DNA from: Rhodospirillaceae bacterium | GTDB taxonomy: Bacteria; Pseudomonadota; Alphaproteobacteria; Rhodospirillales; UBA2165 | Assembly (NCBI GenBank): GCA_018674495.1 | Contig: JABHAA010000043.1 | Coordinates: 21,615 to 85,614, forward strand | Length of the DNA stretch: 64,000 nt | Reading direction: 5' to 3' | Part shown: positions 10,498 to 20,608 of the stretch, piece by piece | Layout of the letters: every line of letters starts with the position of its first letter | Position numbering within the stretch: the first letter of the stretch is position 1 | Translations under genes and position numbers: made by a program | Notes under the pieces: model-generated | Seen by the model: the letters and a program-made list of their open reading frames with translations, nothing else | Databases searched by the model: none | What the model was told of the DNA's origin: nothing

Positions 10498-12264
10498 CTA
10501 TTCCGGGAAATCCACTTTGCGAACGGCATCGGTGACGGTGCCGCATCTTGCGAAACCCGAGCAATCGCTGTGATAGGCCGCGAGTGACGCTTGCGGGTGC
10601 CGGGCCAAGAGCGCATCGCGTTCCATTCGCGCATCCTCCAGTCGCTCAAGCAGGACATATGTCGCAACGCGCGTCAGGTAAAGGCCCGGCCAAGTCAAAT
10701 TTGGGTTCGAGCGCTCCGCCTTGACCGCCCATTCGAGGGAGACCTCAAATTCGCCAAGGTCAAAATAGGCGCCAGCGATACCGGCCATGGCTTGGCCGGC
10801 ATATTGATCACGCGGGCTCAGGCGCATGGCGGTTTGCAAATGCTCAATGGCATCTTCTGAACGACCGGCTACTTCGAGGGCGCGTCCAAAGGTATAATGG
10901 GCGTAGGCCGAGCTTGGATTGAGATGGGTCGCATGCTCATTGGCTGCGAACGCCGCATCGAAATTGCCGTCTATCTGCGCGACACTCAGCAGTGCCCGGC
11001 CCAAATTGGCATGGGCGTTGACGTCATCTCGATCAAGCGCGACCGCCTTGCGGGCCATCTCGAGGGCTTCGGCCCGCAATTCAGTCCGGTTTTCCGCATA
11101 TTGACCCATATTTACGATAAACAGCACTTGCGCCAATCCGGAATAGGGCGCGACCAGGTTTGGATCCAATGCGATAGCCTGGCGGAACAGGCGCGCGGCT
11201 TCCAACATATCGTCGCCGCTATGAATGTAATAATGGTACATACCACGTTGATAGAGGTCCCAGGCATCGAGGCTTTCCGGTGGTTTCGCACGGGCGCGCT
11301 TGATCTCGGCATCGGTCAATTCCGGCTGGATGGCGCCAACAACGGTTTCGGTGATCTCGTCCTGCAGGGCAAATATGTCTTCCAGATCGCGGTCATAGCG
11401 TTCCGCCCAGAGATGATTACCGGAGGAGCCGTCGATAAGCTGGGCCGTTATACGCACCTTGTTGCCGGCCTTGCGGACGCTGCCTTCGAGCACATAGCGG
11501 ACGCCCAGATCCTTGGCCACGTCGCGGATATCCGGTGACTGACCTTTATAGGAGAATGTCGAGTTGCGCGCCGTCACGAAAATCCATTTGAGGCGGCTAA
11601 GCGCCGTAATAATATCCTCGGTCATGCCATCGGAGAAATATTCCTGCTCCGGATCGCCCGACAAGTTATCGAACGGCAGTACGGCAATGGAGGGCAGCTC
11701 CGATACGGCCACCGCCATAACCGGTTGCCCGGACGACGTATCCGCAACCACCTTATAGGCGCGCACCGGCTGGACGATGTTCTTGACCTGCTGATCGCCC
11801 ATGTCTTCCAGCCCCACATCGAGGCGCTGGCGCACCTGTTCGGCGACCACGCCGGAAATACAGATGCCGCCGACATCGGCCAGGCTTTCCAGGCGCGCCG
11901 CGATATTGACCCCGTCGCCGTAAATTTCGCCGCCGTCGTCGATCACCTCGGCCATGTGGATGCCGATGCGGAACAGCAAGCGCTGATCTTCGGGGATATC
12001 TTCATTCTCTTCGGCGAAACGGCGCTGGATGTCGATGGCCATTTCGACGCAGGCGACGACGCTGCCGAATTCCGCCAGGATGGCATCGCCGGCATAATGA
12101 TTAACGCGCCCGCCGCGCCCGTCAATGGCGCGGGTTAGGCTGGCCAGACCGGCGCGCAAGGCGGCGTGGGTCGCGTCCTCGTCGGCGCCCGTGAGACGCG
12201 AATAGCCGGCCACGTCGGCATAAAGAACTGCCGCCAGCTTGCGTTGTATCGGTTGCTCAGACAT
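10498..12264 (-). CDS. Class III adenylate/guanylate cyclase domain protein with a central TolB-N-like region and C-terminal TPR repeats
   Basis: I moved the start to the ATG at 12264, which has a GGGAGG ribosome-binding site. Motifs are KLAAVLYADVAGYSRL, YAGDAILAEFGS, RIGIHMAEV and GDGVNIAARLES. They are followed by SIAVLPFDNLSGDPEQEYFSDGMTEDIITAL and TPR-like repeats. Confidence 0.85.
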   Translation of the reverse strand: MSEQPIQRKLAAVLYADVAGYSRLTGADEDATHAALRAGLASLTRAIDGRGGRVNHYAGDAILAEFGSVVACVEMAIDIQRRFAEENEDIPEDQRLLFRIGIHMAEVIDDGGEIYGDGVNIAARLESLADVGGICISGVVAEQVRQRLDVGLEDMGDQQVKNIVQPVRAYKVVADTSSGQPVMAVAVSELPSIAVLPFDNLSGDPEQEYFSDGMTEDIITALSRLKWIFVTARNSTFSYKGQSPDIRDVAKDLGVRYVLEGSVRKAGNKVRITAQLIDGSSGNHLWAERYDRDLEDIFALQDEITETVVGAIQPELTDAEIKRARAKPPESLDAWDLYQRGMYHYYIHSGDDMLEAARLFRQAIALDPNLVAPYSGLAQVLFIVNMGQYAENRTELRAEALEMARKAVALDRDDVNAHANLGRALLSVAQIDGNFDAAFAANEHATHLNPSSAYAHYTFGRALEVAGRSEDAIEHLQTAMRLSPRDQYAGQAMAGIAGAYFDLGEFEVSLEWAVKAERSNPNLTWPGLYLTRVATYVLLERLEDARMERDALLARHPQASLAAYHSDCSGFARCGTVTDAVRKVDFPE

Positions 12265-12400
12265 AGGCCTCCCGTGAGCTAGTATTTTGCTGGCGCCTAT
12301 ACTAGCGAAAGATGGTACCGAGGCAATGGCTGGGGCGCCAATGCGCAAGGCCCAGCTTGCGAAGGCCATCCAGGGATTCATCGCGGAACCCGCACCACAG

Positions 12401-12479
12401 AAAATAAAGGACGCCAATCAATGGCGCCCTTTTGAGCTAGATATTGATGGGCGCCTCCTGGATCTCCGGAGGCGCCCAT
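12401..12479 (-). terminator. Two tandem hairpins downstream of the TRAP SBP gene: a 12-bp GC-rich stem-loop, then a shorter hairpin followed by a T-rich run
   Basis: 12447..12479 (ATGGGCGCCTCC-N9-GGAGGCGCCCAT) forms a perfect 12-bp stem 10 nt after the stop. 12409..12429 forms an 8-bp stem with one mismatch. On the minus strand it is followed by TTTATTTT (12401..12408). Confidence 0.45.
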
Positions 12480-12488
12480 TCGATTGGA

Positions 12489-13616
12489 TTAGTATTTGGC
12501 GGGATCGAGCCGATCGTAAATTTGGCTCTTGAAGAGGGCCGCCACCTTGCCCACGTCGCCGCCGGCTGTGGCCGCCAGGCCTTCCCATTTTTTGAGGTTC
12601 TTGATGAAGGCGGCCATGATCCTCTTGGCCGTGGCTTCCTTGACCTTGACCTTCTTGAGGCCCTTGGGAATGGCGGTCAGTTCACTTTTCTTGTGCGCCG
12701 CCATTAGGACACCGATCTCTGGCCCACCGGGAACGATCGTTATTCCACGCTTCTTGGCCTGTGCGAGGATTTCGATGTCCGCGGCCATGTAGCCGATCAC
12801 CGTCGCCCGCGCCGAGGCACCTGGCAGATGCTTGAACATCACCTTCTTTTGGGCCACCGAAAGCGAATCCCAGGACTTGCGGTTCATAGCCATCAAGGAG
12901 AGCCCGCGCGGCGTGCCCATGGGGAAATTGATGATCGACTTGGCGACATCCATATAGCCGTAGGACACCAGCCACGGCACCGGCCCGTGCAGGCAAGTGA
13001 GCGCCCCGCGCTGCATGGCGGTGACGCCGTCCACCGGCGACATGGCCACCGGGATACCGCCTATGGCCTTGACCCATCGCGCCGCCGAACCCACGGCGCG
13101 GGTTTTCACGCCTTTCATCTGAGCGATGCTGGTAATCGGTTTAGAACAGATCATCTTGAACGCAGTGGTGCCGAAACCACCCAGAAAGACGGTCTTGTTT
13201 TTCTTGTACTCGGCCCGGCATTCGGGGCAATCGAGCATGACGGTTTCGGTGCTGGCGCCGGCGATGGCAACCGGATCGCTGCCCCACGGCCCCATGTCGA
13301 ATATGACGTTGCTGTTGGCCAATGCCTTGCGGGCGAACACCGGAATGACCAGCCCCGCATCGACTATTCGATCGCGGACACCAGGAAGCGTCGAGCGCGC
13401 GCTGACCAATTGGCCGCCGGCCAGAAGCCTCCATTTTACGGCGCCGCCCGTATCCTTTTCGACGGCCTTAAAGAAAGGCTCCAAGCCGGCCGTGTTGACG
13501 CCGTGCTTGGCGGCCACCCACGAGCCATAAACGAATTCCGCCGCCGATACGGTTTGCACAGCGACCAGCGTAGCTGCTAGCGCGACACCGGCAATTATAA
13601 ATTTCCTGCTAAACAT
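12489..13616 (-). CDS. TRAP transporter substrate-binding protein (DctP family)
   Basis: 375 aa with signal peptide MFSRKFIIAGVALAATLVAVQTVSAAE. Length and pattern are DctP-like, and it is divergent from the DctQ/DctM-type permease genes. Confidence 0.75.
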   Translation of the reverse strand: MFSRKFIIAGVALAATLVAVQTVSAAEFVYGSWVAAKHGVNTAGLEPFFKAVEKDTGGAVKWRLLAGGQLVSARSTLPGVRDRIVDAGLVIPVFARKALANSNVIFDMGPWGSDPVAIAGASTETVMLDCPECRAEYKKNKTVFLGGFGTTAFKMICSKPITSIAQMKGVKTRAVGSAARWVKAIGGIPVAMSPVDGVTAMQRGALTCLHGPVPWLVSYGYMDVAKSIINFPMGTPRGLSLMAMNRKSWDSLSVAQKKVMFKHLPGASARATVIGYMAADIEILAQAKKRGITIVPGGPEIGVLMAAHKKSELTAIPKGLKKVKVKEATAKRIMAAFIKNLKKWEGLAATAGGDVGKVAALFKSQIYDRLDPAKY

Positions 13617-13929
13617 TTCGGACCCCTTTATTTGGTTGTTGGCTTTTGTTCCGCCACAATTCCTCCAGTGTACCGATGAATTGGAACCCTGGATTGCCAG
13701 CGGTCACCGGCCTTATGTTACCCTATACCAGCAAACCGATTGCCAGCAAAACCGGAACCTTTATGTTGCCTCATTCAAGGCCAGCACGCAATATCCATAC
13801 TAATTATGGGATTATTGGGCAGCGGCGTGCTAAATTCCGAGAAGTGGCGTACCGTGGGGGCAATTCACGCGATGTTACGAGAACCGCGTGAGGCGGGCGC
13901 GATATAATTGGGATGGGGGAATAGGCGGC

Positions 13930-14463
13930 ATGCGTAAATTGGAAAATCTGGTTGAGGCTCCTGCCAACCTGTTGGTGTTCCTTGCCTGCGTCCTAACCAT
14001 TTTCATGATGCTGCACGTGACCGCGGAAGTGGCCACCAAATACCTTTTTGCCTACCAGTTCGAGGGCACCATCGAAATCGTTTCCAGCTACAATATGGTT
14101 GCGGTGGTGTTTTTCCCCTTGGCCTATGTGGCCCGCCACGAAGGCCATATCATTGTCGAGTTGTTCACCCGCGGCCTGCCCGAACGCGCGACAACAAAAC
14201 TGGACGGCGCCATGGGAATTGTCACATTTGTCTTCATGGTAATCTTTACCGTGATAACCACCCAGGAAGCAGTCGATCAAACCTTAGACGGCGAGGTGGT
14301 GCAAACCGCCGCCGACGTTTTGATTATATGGCCGAGCCGCTGGTTTCTGCCCGCCGGCGCCGCCGTCATGGCCGCTTATGTACTGATCCGGCTCATCAAC
14401 GACTTCCGCGGAATAAAGACCGATGGCGGGCCACCGGCGTCAGCCGTAGAGAACGAAATCTGA
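13930..14463 (+). CDS. TRAP transporter small permease (DctQ family)
   Basis: I moved the start to the ATG at 13930. It encodes a roughly 177-aa protein with four hydrophobic segments and lies directly upstream of the large permease. Confidence 0.8.
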   Translation: MRKLENLVEAPANLLVFLACVLTIFMMLHVTAEVATKYLFAYQFEGTIEIVSSYNMVAVVFFPLAYVARHEGHIIVELFTRGLPERATTKLDGAMGIVTFVFMVIFTVITTQEAVDQTLDGEVVQTAADVLIIWPSRWFLPAGAAVMAAYVLIRLINDFRGIKTDGGPPASAVENEI

Positions 14464-14486
14464 TCACACCGTAACCGGAGTCCTTC

Positions 14487-15797
14487 ATGTCCCCCCTCGA
14501 ACTTGGTTTCTATGGCATTGGTGCGGTAATCCTGTTGATCGCCATCCGCCTGCCGATCGGAATCGTGCTGGCGTTGGTTTCATTCCTCGGCATCGGCCAA
14601 TTGCGCGGCCTCGACGTCGCATTCGGTCTTTTGCGGGTCGTTCCATTCGAATTCGCGGCCCATTGGGCATTGTCGGCAATTCCGATGTTTCTATTGATGG
14701 GGGCGGTGGCCCACCATTCGGGCATATCCTCGGCCCTCTTCAGGGCGGCGCGGCTTTGGCTGAGCGGCCTCCCCGGCGGGCTGGCGGTGGCCAGCAATTT
14801 CGCCTGCGCAGGTTTTGCCGCCGCGTCCGGCTCCAGTGTCGCGACGGCCGCCGCCATGGGCCGCATCGCCATTCCGGAAATGATCCGGCAAGGTTATGAC
14901 AAGGCCCTGGCGACCGGCACCGTGGCGAGTGCCGGCACATTGGGCTCGTTGATACCACCCAGTATCCTATTCGTGCTTTACGGTGTCTTTGCGGAAACCT
15001 CTATCACGCAACTGCTGATCGCCGGCGTCTTTCCCGGCCTCCTGACGGCGGCCGTCTATGCATTGATGATCATCGGCCGCTGCAAGCTTAATCCAAAATT
15101 GGCGCCGCCGACCACAATCAAGGTCGACAGGGGCGAGCGCTGGCGCGCATTGGGCGCGGTGTGGCCGTTACTGGTACTTATACTAGGCATCATCGGCGGC
15201 CTGTATGGCGGCATCGTCACGCCAACCGAAGCCGGCGCCTTCGGCGCCTTTCTCGCCTTTGTCATCGCCTTTTTCCAAAAACGCCTGAGCCTGAAGGTAA
15301 TCAAGGACAGCGTTTTGGAGGCCGTTACCAGCACAGCGCGCATCTTTTTCGTCGCCGTCGGCGCCGTCATGCTGACCAAGTTCCTGGCACTGACCGGCGT
15401 GCCCGTCTACCTCGGCCAATTGATCGGCGACTGGGCGCTCGATCCGCTTCTCCTGGTGATCGGCGCGTCACTCATTTACCTGGTGCTCGGCATGTTCCTG
15501 GATCCGCTCGGCATCCTTCTGATAACCCTGCCGGTACTGCTACCCATGTTCGAGGCGCTGGATCTGGATCTGATCTGGTTCGGCGTGCTGGTGGTCAAAT
15601 ACCTGGAAATCGGCCTCTTGACGCCGCCCGTCGGGTTCAACGTCTACGTCATCAAGAGCGTCGTCGGCGATACGGTGGATCTTGAAACCATATTCCGGGG
15701 GGTTACATGGTTCTTGGGCTGCGAAGTGATCATCGTCGCTCTGCTGATCGCTTACCCTCAAATTTCGCTCTTCCTGCCGAACACCATGTCGAATTAG
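14487..15797 (+). CDS. TRAP transporter large permease (DctM family)
   Basis: 436 aa, polytopic, with a typical DctM pattern (GIGQLRG..., LTPPVGFNVYVIK). Confidence 0.9.
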   Translation: MSPLELGFYGIGAVILLIAIRLPIGIVLALVSFLGIGQLRGLDVAFGLLRVVPFEFAAHWALSAIPMFLLMGAVAHHSGISSALFRAARLWLSGLPGGLAVASNFACAGFAAASGSSVATAAAMGRIAIPEMIRQGYDKALATGTVASAGTLGSLIPPSILFVLYGVFAETSITQLLIAGVFPGLLTAAVYALMIIGRCKLNPKLAPPTTIKVDRGERWRALGAVWPLLVLILGIIGGLYGGIVTPTEAGAFGAFLAFVIAFFQKRLSLKVIKDSVLEAVTSTARIFFVAVGAVMLTKFLALTGVPVYLGQLIGDWALDPLLLVIGASLIYLVLGMFLDPLGILLITLPVLLPMFEALDLDLIWFGVLVVKYLEIGLLTPPVGFNVYVIKSVVGDTVDLETIFRGVTWFLGCEVIIVALLIAYPQISLFLPNTMSN

Positions 15798-16121
15798 AAG
15801 CGAGTATGAAAAAGGGCCTGCATTCCAGAATTTTTTTTTCGTAAGCAGTCGGTTGTGAAGAATTCCCAACGCGCCGAATTTATTTGGGCTTCCAACTTTA
15901 AGGTGCCTTTTTACTGCTATATTTTGGGCCTCTTGGCGTGATTTTCTCGCGGACTAGGCGTTGCCGAACTCGGACCTAATCGCATCGCCGGCGTATTGAA
16001 CTGACGCCGGCACCATCAAACCTGCCTACAATCCAAATGCGAATGGTGCAAATTTGAGGACATACAACTATAAGGGAAAACCGAATCTTGGTACCGGGAA
16101 GAAATTATCTATGCTGAAGGT

Positions 16122-16547
16122 ATGTCGTTTCAAATATTCGTAGATCCGGACGTTAATTGCACATTCGTCCGCTACTCCAAGTTCGTTCAAGGCGAAGGTC
16201 TGTCGGCGATCAATCAGATCATTCAAAATTCCCGATTTCGCCATGGCATGAATATCCTGCGCGACACGCGGCAGATCGTGCTGCCGGACAAACTGGATTA
16301 CGCATGGTTCAAGAATGATTTCGAAGATATTTACCCCCGCGAGCACCTCTTGATGCAGGGAAGCCTGTTTGCCTGGCTGGTCGGATCGCCAGCCGATTAC
16401 GCCAAGGCCCATTCCTGGGCTTTGGTTACGCGCACAATGAGCGGACAAAATCGCCGGGCATTCCGAAATATGGACGCAGCCAAGGATTGGCTCGACATAC
16501 CGGTGAATTACACAATCAACTACGCGCCAGACTATTCTACAAAATAG
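16122..16547 (+). CDS. Small soluble hypothetical protein, paralogue of 38909..39322
   Basis: 141 aa. It shares blocks with the product of 38909..39322: NC.FV.Y, GMN.L.D...LP, AW..GS..DYAKAH.WA..TR and AAK.WLDIP..Y.I.Y. Confidence 0.6.
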   Translation: MSFQIFVDPDVNCTFVRYSKFVQGEGLSAINQIIQNSRFRHGMNILRDTRQIVLPDKLDYAWFKNDFEDIYPREHLLMQGSLFAWLVGSPADYAKAHSWALVTRTMSGQNRRAFRNMDAAKDWLDIPVNYTINYAPDYSTK

Positions 16548-16574
16548 GACCAAACGGGGCGGCGCTGACGCAGC

Positions 16575-16603
16575 AAAAAGGGCCCGGCATTGCTGCCAGG
16601 CCC
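16575..16603 (-). terminator. Rho-independent terminator downstream of rpsI
   Basis: On the minus strand, GGGCCTGGCA-GCAA-TGCCGGGCCC forms a 10-bp stem followed by TTTTT. The single non-Watson-Crick pair is a U-G wobble on the minus strand, and it would be a C-A mismatch on the plus strand. Confidence 0.6.
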
Positions 16604-16675
16604 AATTTGCGAAAATCTTGTTCGGCGTTCCGGGCGACGGCCAACCATGCCATCCCCATCGCCCTGCTCCCGTTG

Positions 16676-17248
16676 CTAACGCTTCGAGAACTGGAAGCTC
16701 CGCCTTGCCTTGGCGCGGCCGTATTTTTTACGCTCGACGACGCGGCTGTCGCGGGTCAGGAAGCCGCCTTTCTTAAGCGCGGGGCGCAAGCTGGGCTCGA
16801 AATAGGTCAGCGCCTTGGAAATGCCGTGGCGCACGGCGCCAGCCTGGCCGGACAAGCCACCGCCCTTGACGGTGCAGGTGACGTCGTATTGATCGGCACG
16901 TTCCGCTGCCTCGAAGGGCTGGTTGATGATCATGCGCAAGACGGGCCGCGCGAAATAGGTTGACCAGTCGCGGCCATTGACGCTGATCTTGCCGCTGCCT
17001 GGCTTGATCCAGACCCGTGCGACGGCGTCTTTGCGCTTACCGGTCGCATAAGAGCGGCCGTGCTCGTCGATGACCGGCTCCACCATCAGGACCGGCGCTT
17101 CTTCTTCCGGCGGCGGCGGGGCCGCAGCTTCTTCTTCGGCGGCCGCTTCGGGCGCCGCTTCCGCGGCCTCGGCAGCTTCCGCCTCGGCGGCGGCGGCGCC
17201 TTCCATGGCTTGCTTCAAATTATCGAGCGTTACATTTTCTTCGGCCAC
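16676..17248 (-). CDS. rpsI: 30S ribosomal protein S9 with a long Ala/Glu/Pro-rich N-terminal extension
   Basis: The C-terminal core is [27 protein letters not shown]...[19 protein letters not shown]...[26 protein letters not shown]. The N-terminus contains [35 protein letters not shown]. Confidence 0.95.
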   Translation of the reverse strand: MAEENVTLDNLKQAMEGAAAAEAEAAEAAEAAPEAAAEEEAAAPPPPEEEAPVLMVEPVIDEHGRSYATGKRKDAVARVWIKPGSGKISVNGRDWSTYFARPVLRMIINQPFEAAERADQYDVTCTVKGGGLSGQAGAVRHGISKALTYFEPSLRPALKKGGFLTRDSRVVERKKYGRAKARRSFQFSKR

Positions 17249-17250
17249 GA

Positions 17251-17715
17251 TTACGCGCTCCTCTTGTTTTTCGGGTTCATGGCGGCCAAATCAATGGCTT
17301 CGGGCTGCTGGGCATCGTGGGGATGCTCCGCGCCGCCATAAACATGCAATTTCTTCATCTGCTGGCGGCCCAGGGGGCTGCGCGTAATCATGCGTTCCAC
17401 CGCCTTGATCACCACACGTTCCGGGTGCGCGCCGTCCAGAATTTTTTCGGCGGTGCGGCTCTTGATGCCGCCCGGCCAGCCGGTGTGCCAGTAATAGGTC
17501 TTGGCGGCCCGCTTGTTGCCGGTCAGCGCCACCTTTTGGGCGTTGATGACGATGATGTTGTCGCCGCAATCGATATGCGGAGTATACATGGGCTTGTGCT
17601 TACCGCGCAGGCGCATGGACACAAAGCTGGCCAGACGGCCAAGCACCATGTCTTCGGCGTCGATCACGTACCAGCCGCGCGTCACGTCGGCGGGCTTGGC
17701 GGAATAGGTTTTCAT
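17251..17715 (-). CDS. rplM: 50S ribosomal protein L13
   Basis: I moved the start to the ATG at 17715 ([30 protein letters not shown]...). It sits immediately upstream of rpsI in the conserved operon order. Confidence 0.95.
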   Translation of the reverse strand: MKTYSAKPADVTRGWYVIDAEDMVLGRLASFVSMRLRGKHKPMYTPHIDCGDNIIVINAQKVALTGNKRAAKTYYWHTGWPGGIKSRTAEKILDGAHPERVVIKAVERMITRSPLGRQQMKKLHVYGGAEHPHDAQQPEAIDLAAMNPKNKRSA

Positions 17716-17970
17716 AGCAACCATTGTTCGCATCTCTTCTTATTTGTAAATTGGCGTCGGAAGGCGCGCAGTATGCCCATTAAAAATGGAACGTCAACCG
17801 GAATAATGGTTATTTTACCGTGGTTTATGATTACGGTATTATAATACCGCAGAACCAGAATTATAGCGATTGCGCAACGTCAATCACGTTAATATGCCTT
17901 GCAGAGCGAGACCGCAACCGGGCAAAATCCGCTAGCTTTAAAAGGTGGCGCCCGCCGAGGGAGAGATAGG

Positions 17971-18768
17971 ATGACGGAGAGTACCGGAACCAACGAGCCT
18001 TTGTTGCTGCGCGCGTATGCAGGCGGCATTTGCACGCTGACCCTCAACCGGCCCGAAAAGCGCAATGCGCTGTCGCTTGATTTGTTACAAATGCTGGACG
18101 ATGCCTTGGATGATATCGCCGCCGATAAATCCGTACATGTAATCATCCTGGCCGGCAATGGGCCGGTGTTTTCGTCCGGTCATGATCTTAATGAGATGCG
18201 CGCAGATTCCGGTTATGCCGCAATCCATGAATTGTTCTCGAAATGCTCCGACGTGATGGCCGCCATGACGCGGATGCCGCAGCCGATCATCGCCCGGGTG
18301 CACGGGATCGCGACGGCGGCGGGCTGCCAATTGGTGGCGTCCTGCGATCTGGCGGTGGCAGTGGACACGGCCCGCTTTGCGGTGCCCGGCGTTACCAACG
18401 GGCTGTTTTGTTCGACCCCGGCGGTCGCCTTGGGGCGCGCCATTGGGCGCAAGCACGCTATGGAGATGCTGCTCATGGGGGAGCTGATCGACGCCGAAAC
18501 GGCGCTTCGTCACGGCCTCCTGAACAAAGTGGTGGCCGCCGATGATCTGGACGCCGCCGTGATGGAATATGCGACAAGTATCAATGGTCGCTCGACCCTG
18601 ACCATGTCCATGGGCAAGGCCGCGTTCTATCAGCAGATGGATATGGAACTGGATGACGCCTACGCCTTCGCGTCCGACGTGATGGCGCGCAACATGCAGG
18701 AGCACGACGCCCATGAAGGCATCGATGCTTTCCTGCAAAAGCGCAGCCCCGAATGGAAGGGCCGCTAG
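17971..18768 (+). CDS. Enoyl-CoA hydratase/isomerase (crotonase) family protein
   Basis: I moved the start to the ATG at 17971, which has a GAGGGAGAG ribosome-binding site. Motifs are LTLNRPEKRNALS, FSSGHDLNE and GIATAAGCQLVASCDLAVA. Confidence 0.85.
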   Translation: MTESTGTNEPLLLRAYAGGICTLTLNRPEKRNALSLDLLQMLDDALDDIAADKSVHVIILAGNGPVFSSGHDLNEMRADSGYAAIHELFSKCSDVMAAMTRMPQPIIARVHGIATAAGCQLVASCDLAVAVDTARFAVPGVTNGLFCSTPAVALGRAIGRKHAMEMLLMGELIDAETALRHGLLNKVVAADDLDAAVMEYATSINGRSTLTMSMGKAAFYQQMDMELDDAYAFASDVMARNMQEHDAHEGIDAFLQKRSPEWKGR

Positions 18769-18777
18769 GCTTTCCCC

Positions 18778-19287
18778 ATGAGCGATCTTGAATACGACGA
18801 CGAGTTGATTGCCGGCATTCTGGAGCGCACCGAAACCATCGCCATGGTTGGCGCCAGCAGCAACTGGGTGCGGCCCAGCCACTTCGCCATGAAATATCTG
18901 CAAAGCAAAGGCTACCGGGTAATTCCGGTCAATCCCCGCGAAGCCGGGAGCCAACTTCTGGGCGAAACCGTCTATGCCGATCTAGCCGCAATCCCGGATC
19001 AATTTCAGATGGTCGATATTTTTCGCAACTCCAAAGCCGCCGGCGGTATCGCCGACGAAGCCGCCGCCATCAAAGATAAGGGCATCGAGTTTATCTGGAT
19101 GCAGTTGGGGGTGCGCAACGACGAAGCCGCATCGCGCGCCGAGGTCGCCGGGCTGAACGTCATCATGGACCGCTGCCCGAAGATCGAATATGGCCGCCTT
19201 TATGGGGAGCTGAGTTGGAGCGGCGTCAATTCGCGCATCATATCAGCCAAGCGCCCGCGCATCATGCAAAGGAGGCGGAATGGCTGA
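18778..19287 (+). CDS. CoA-binding domain protein (YccU/YneT-like)
   Basis: 169 aa with TIAMVGASSNWVRPSHFAMKYLQSKGYRVIPVNP and DIFRNS. It overlaps the metY start by 8 nt. Confidence 0.8.
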   Translation: MSDLEYDDELIAGILERTETIAMVGASSNWVRPSHFAMKYLQSKGYRVIPVNPREAGSQLLGETVYADLAAIPDQFQMVDIFRNSKAAGGIADEAAAIKDKGIEFIWMQLGVRNDEAASRAEVAGLNVIMDRCPKIEYGRLYGELSWSGVNSRIISAKRPRIMQRRRNG

Positions 19288-20572
19288 CCGGGGCAAGCAT
19301 CAGACCGGTTTCGGTTTTGAGACACGGGCCATCCACGCCGGGGCGCGGCCCGAGCCGGTAACCGGGGCGCGCAACACGCCGATCTATCAAACCTCGTCCT
19401 ATGTGTTCGAGGACGCCGAGCATGCGGCGGATTTGTTTAACCTGTCGCGCTTCGGCTTTATCTATTCGCGCCTGACCAACCCGACGGTTTCGGTACTGGA
19501 AGAGCGTGTCGCCAGCCTGGAAAATGGCCGCGCCGCCGTCGCCGCGGCGTCGGGCCACGCCGCCCAGTTCCTGACCTTCTTCACCCTGTTAGAGCCCGGT
19601 GATGAGTTCGTGGCGTCGCGTAATCTTTATGGCGGCTCCATGACCCAGTTCGGATTGTCGTTCAAGAAGCTGGGTTGGACTTGCCATTTCGTCGATGGAA
19701 CGGACCCGGAAAATTTTCGCCGCGCCATCACGCCGAAGACCAAGGCGCTCTTTTTGGAAGTGCTGGCCAATCCGGGCGGCATCATCATCGATCTCGAAAA
19801 GGTGGTCGAAATTGGCAAGGACGCTGGCATTCCGGTGATTGTCGACAACACCATGGCGTCCCCTTATCTGCATCAGCCATTGGAATGGGGCGCTGATATC
19901 GTCATCCATTCGACCACCAAGTACTTGAGCGGGCACGGCACCTCCATGGGCGGCGTGGTGGTGGAGAGCGGAAAATTCGATTGGACCCAAGGCGGAAAAT
20001 TCCCGTCCATGACCGAGCCCGAGCCCTCCTATCACGGGCTGACGTTCTACGAGACCTTCGGCGATTTTGGCTTCACCACCAAGGCCCGCGCCGTTGCTTT
20101 GCGCGATTTCGGCCCGGTCCAATCGCCCATGAACGCCTTCATGACCATCACCGGCATCGAGACATTGCATCTCCGCATGGAGCGGCACGTGGCCAACGCA
20201 CAAGTTGTCGCCGAATATTTGGAGGGCCATGAAAAGGTTGCCTGGGTATCTTATGCCGGGCTCCAATCCAGCCCCTACCGGGAATTGGCGCAGAAATATC
20301 TGCCCAAAGGCCCCGGCGCCGTCTTCAACTTCGGCCTCAAGGGCGGCTATGAGGCGGGCGTTCACGTCGTCGAAACGGTGGAGCTGTTTTCCCACCTCGC
20401 CAATGTGGGCGACACCAGAAGCCTGATCATTCACCCCGCCTCCACCACCCACCGGCAACTGAGCCCAGAGCAGCAAATCGCCGCCGGCGCCGGGCCGGAT
20501 GTTATCCGCTTGTCAGTCGGACTAGAATCGGTGGAGGATTTGCTCCGCGATCTGGATCAAGCTCTCGGATAG
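19280..20572 (+). CDS. metY: O-acetylhomoserine aminocarboxypropyltransferase / sulfhydrylase (PLP-dependent, Cys/Met metabolism family)
   Basis: 430 aa with ETRAIHAG, IYSRLTNPT and the PLP-lysine region HSTTKYLSGHGTSMGG. Confidence 0.9.
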   Translation: MADRGKHQTGFGFETRAIHAGARPEPVTGARNTPIYQTSSYVFEDAEHAADLFNLSRFGFIYSRLTNPTVSVLEERVASLENGRAAVAAASGHAAQFLTFFTLLEPGDEFVASRNLYGGSMTQFGLSFKKLGWTCHFVDGTDPENFRRAITPKTKALFLEVLANPGGIIIDLEKVVEIGKDAGIPVIVDNTMASPYLHQPLEWGADIVIHSTTKYLSGHGTSMGGVVVESGKFDWTQGGKFPSMTEPEPSYHGLTFYETFGDFGFTTKARAVALRDFGPVQSPMNAFMTITGIETLHLRMERHVANAQVVAEYLEGHEKVAWVSYAGLQSSPYRELAQKYLPKGPGAVFNFGLKGGYEAGVHVVETVELFSHLANVGDTRSLIIHPASTTHRQLSPEQQIAAGAGPDVIRLSVGLESVEDLLRDLDQALG

Positions 20573-20608
20573 TCTAAATTCCGGCGGCCGCCGATTGGGG
20601 AATAAGGC

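Noticed and set aside
15807-15840. A T9 run after the DctM gene as a possible intrinsic terminator.
   Set aside because: I could not find a convincing GC-rich stem upstream of the T run. Only a GAAAAA/TTTTTC pairing around a poorly paired interior is present.
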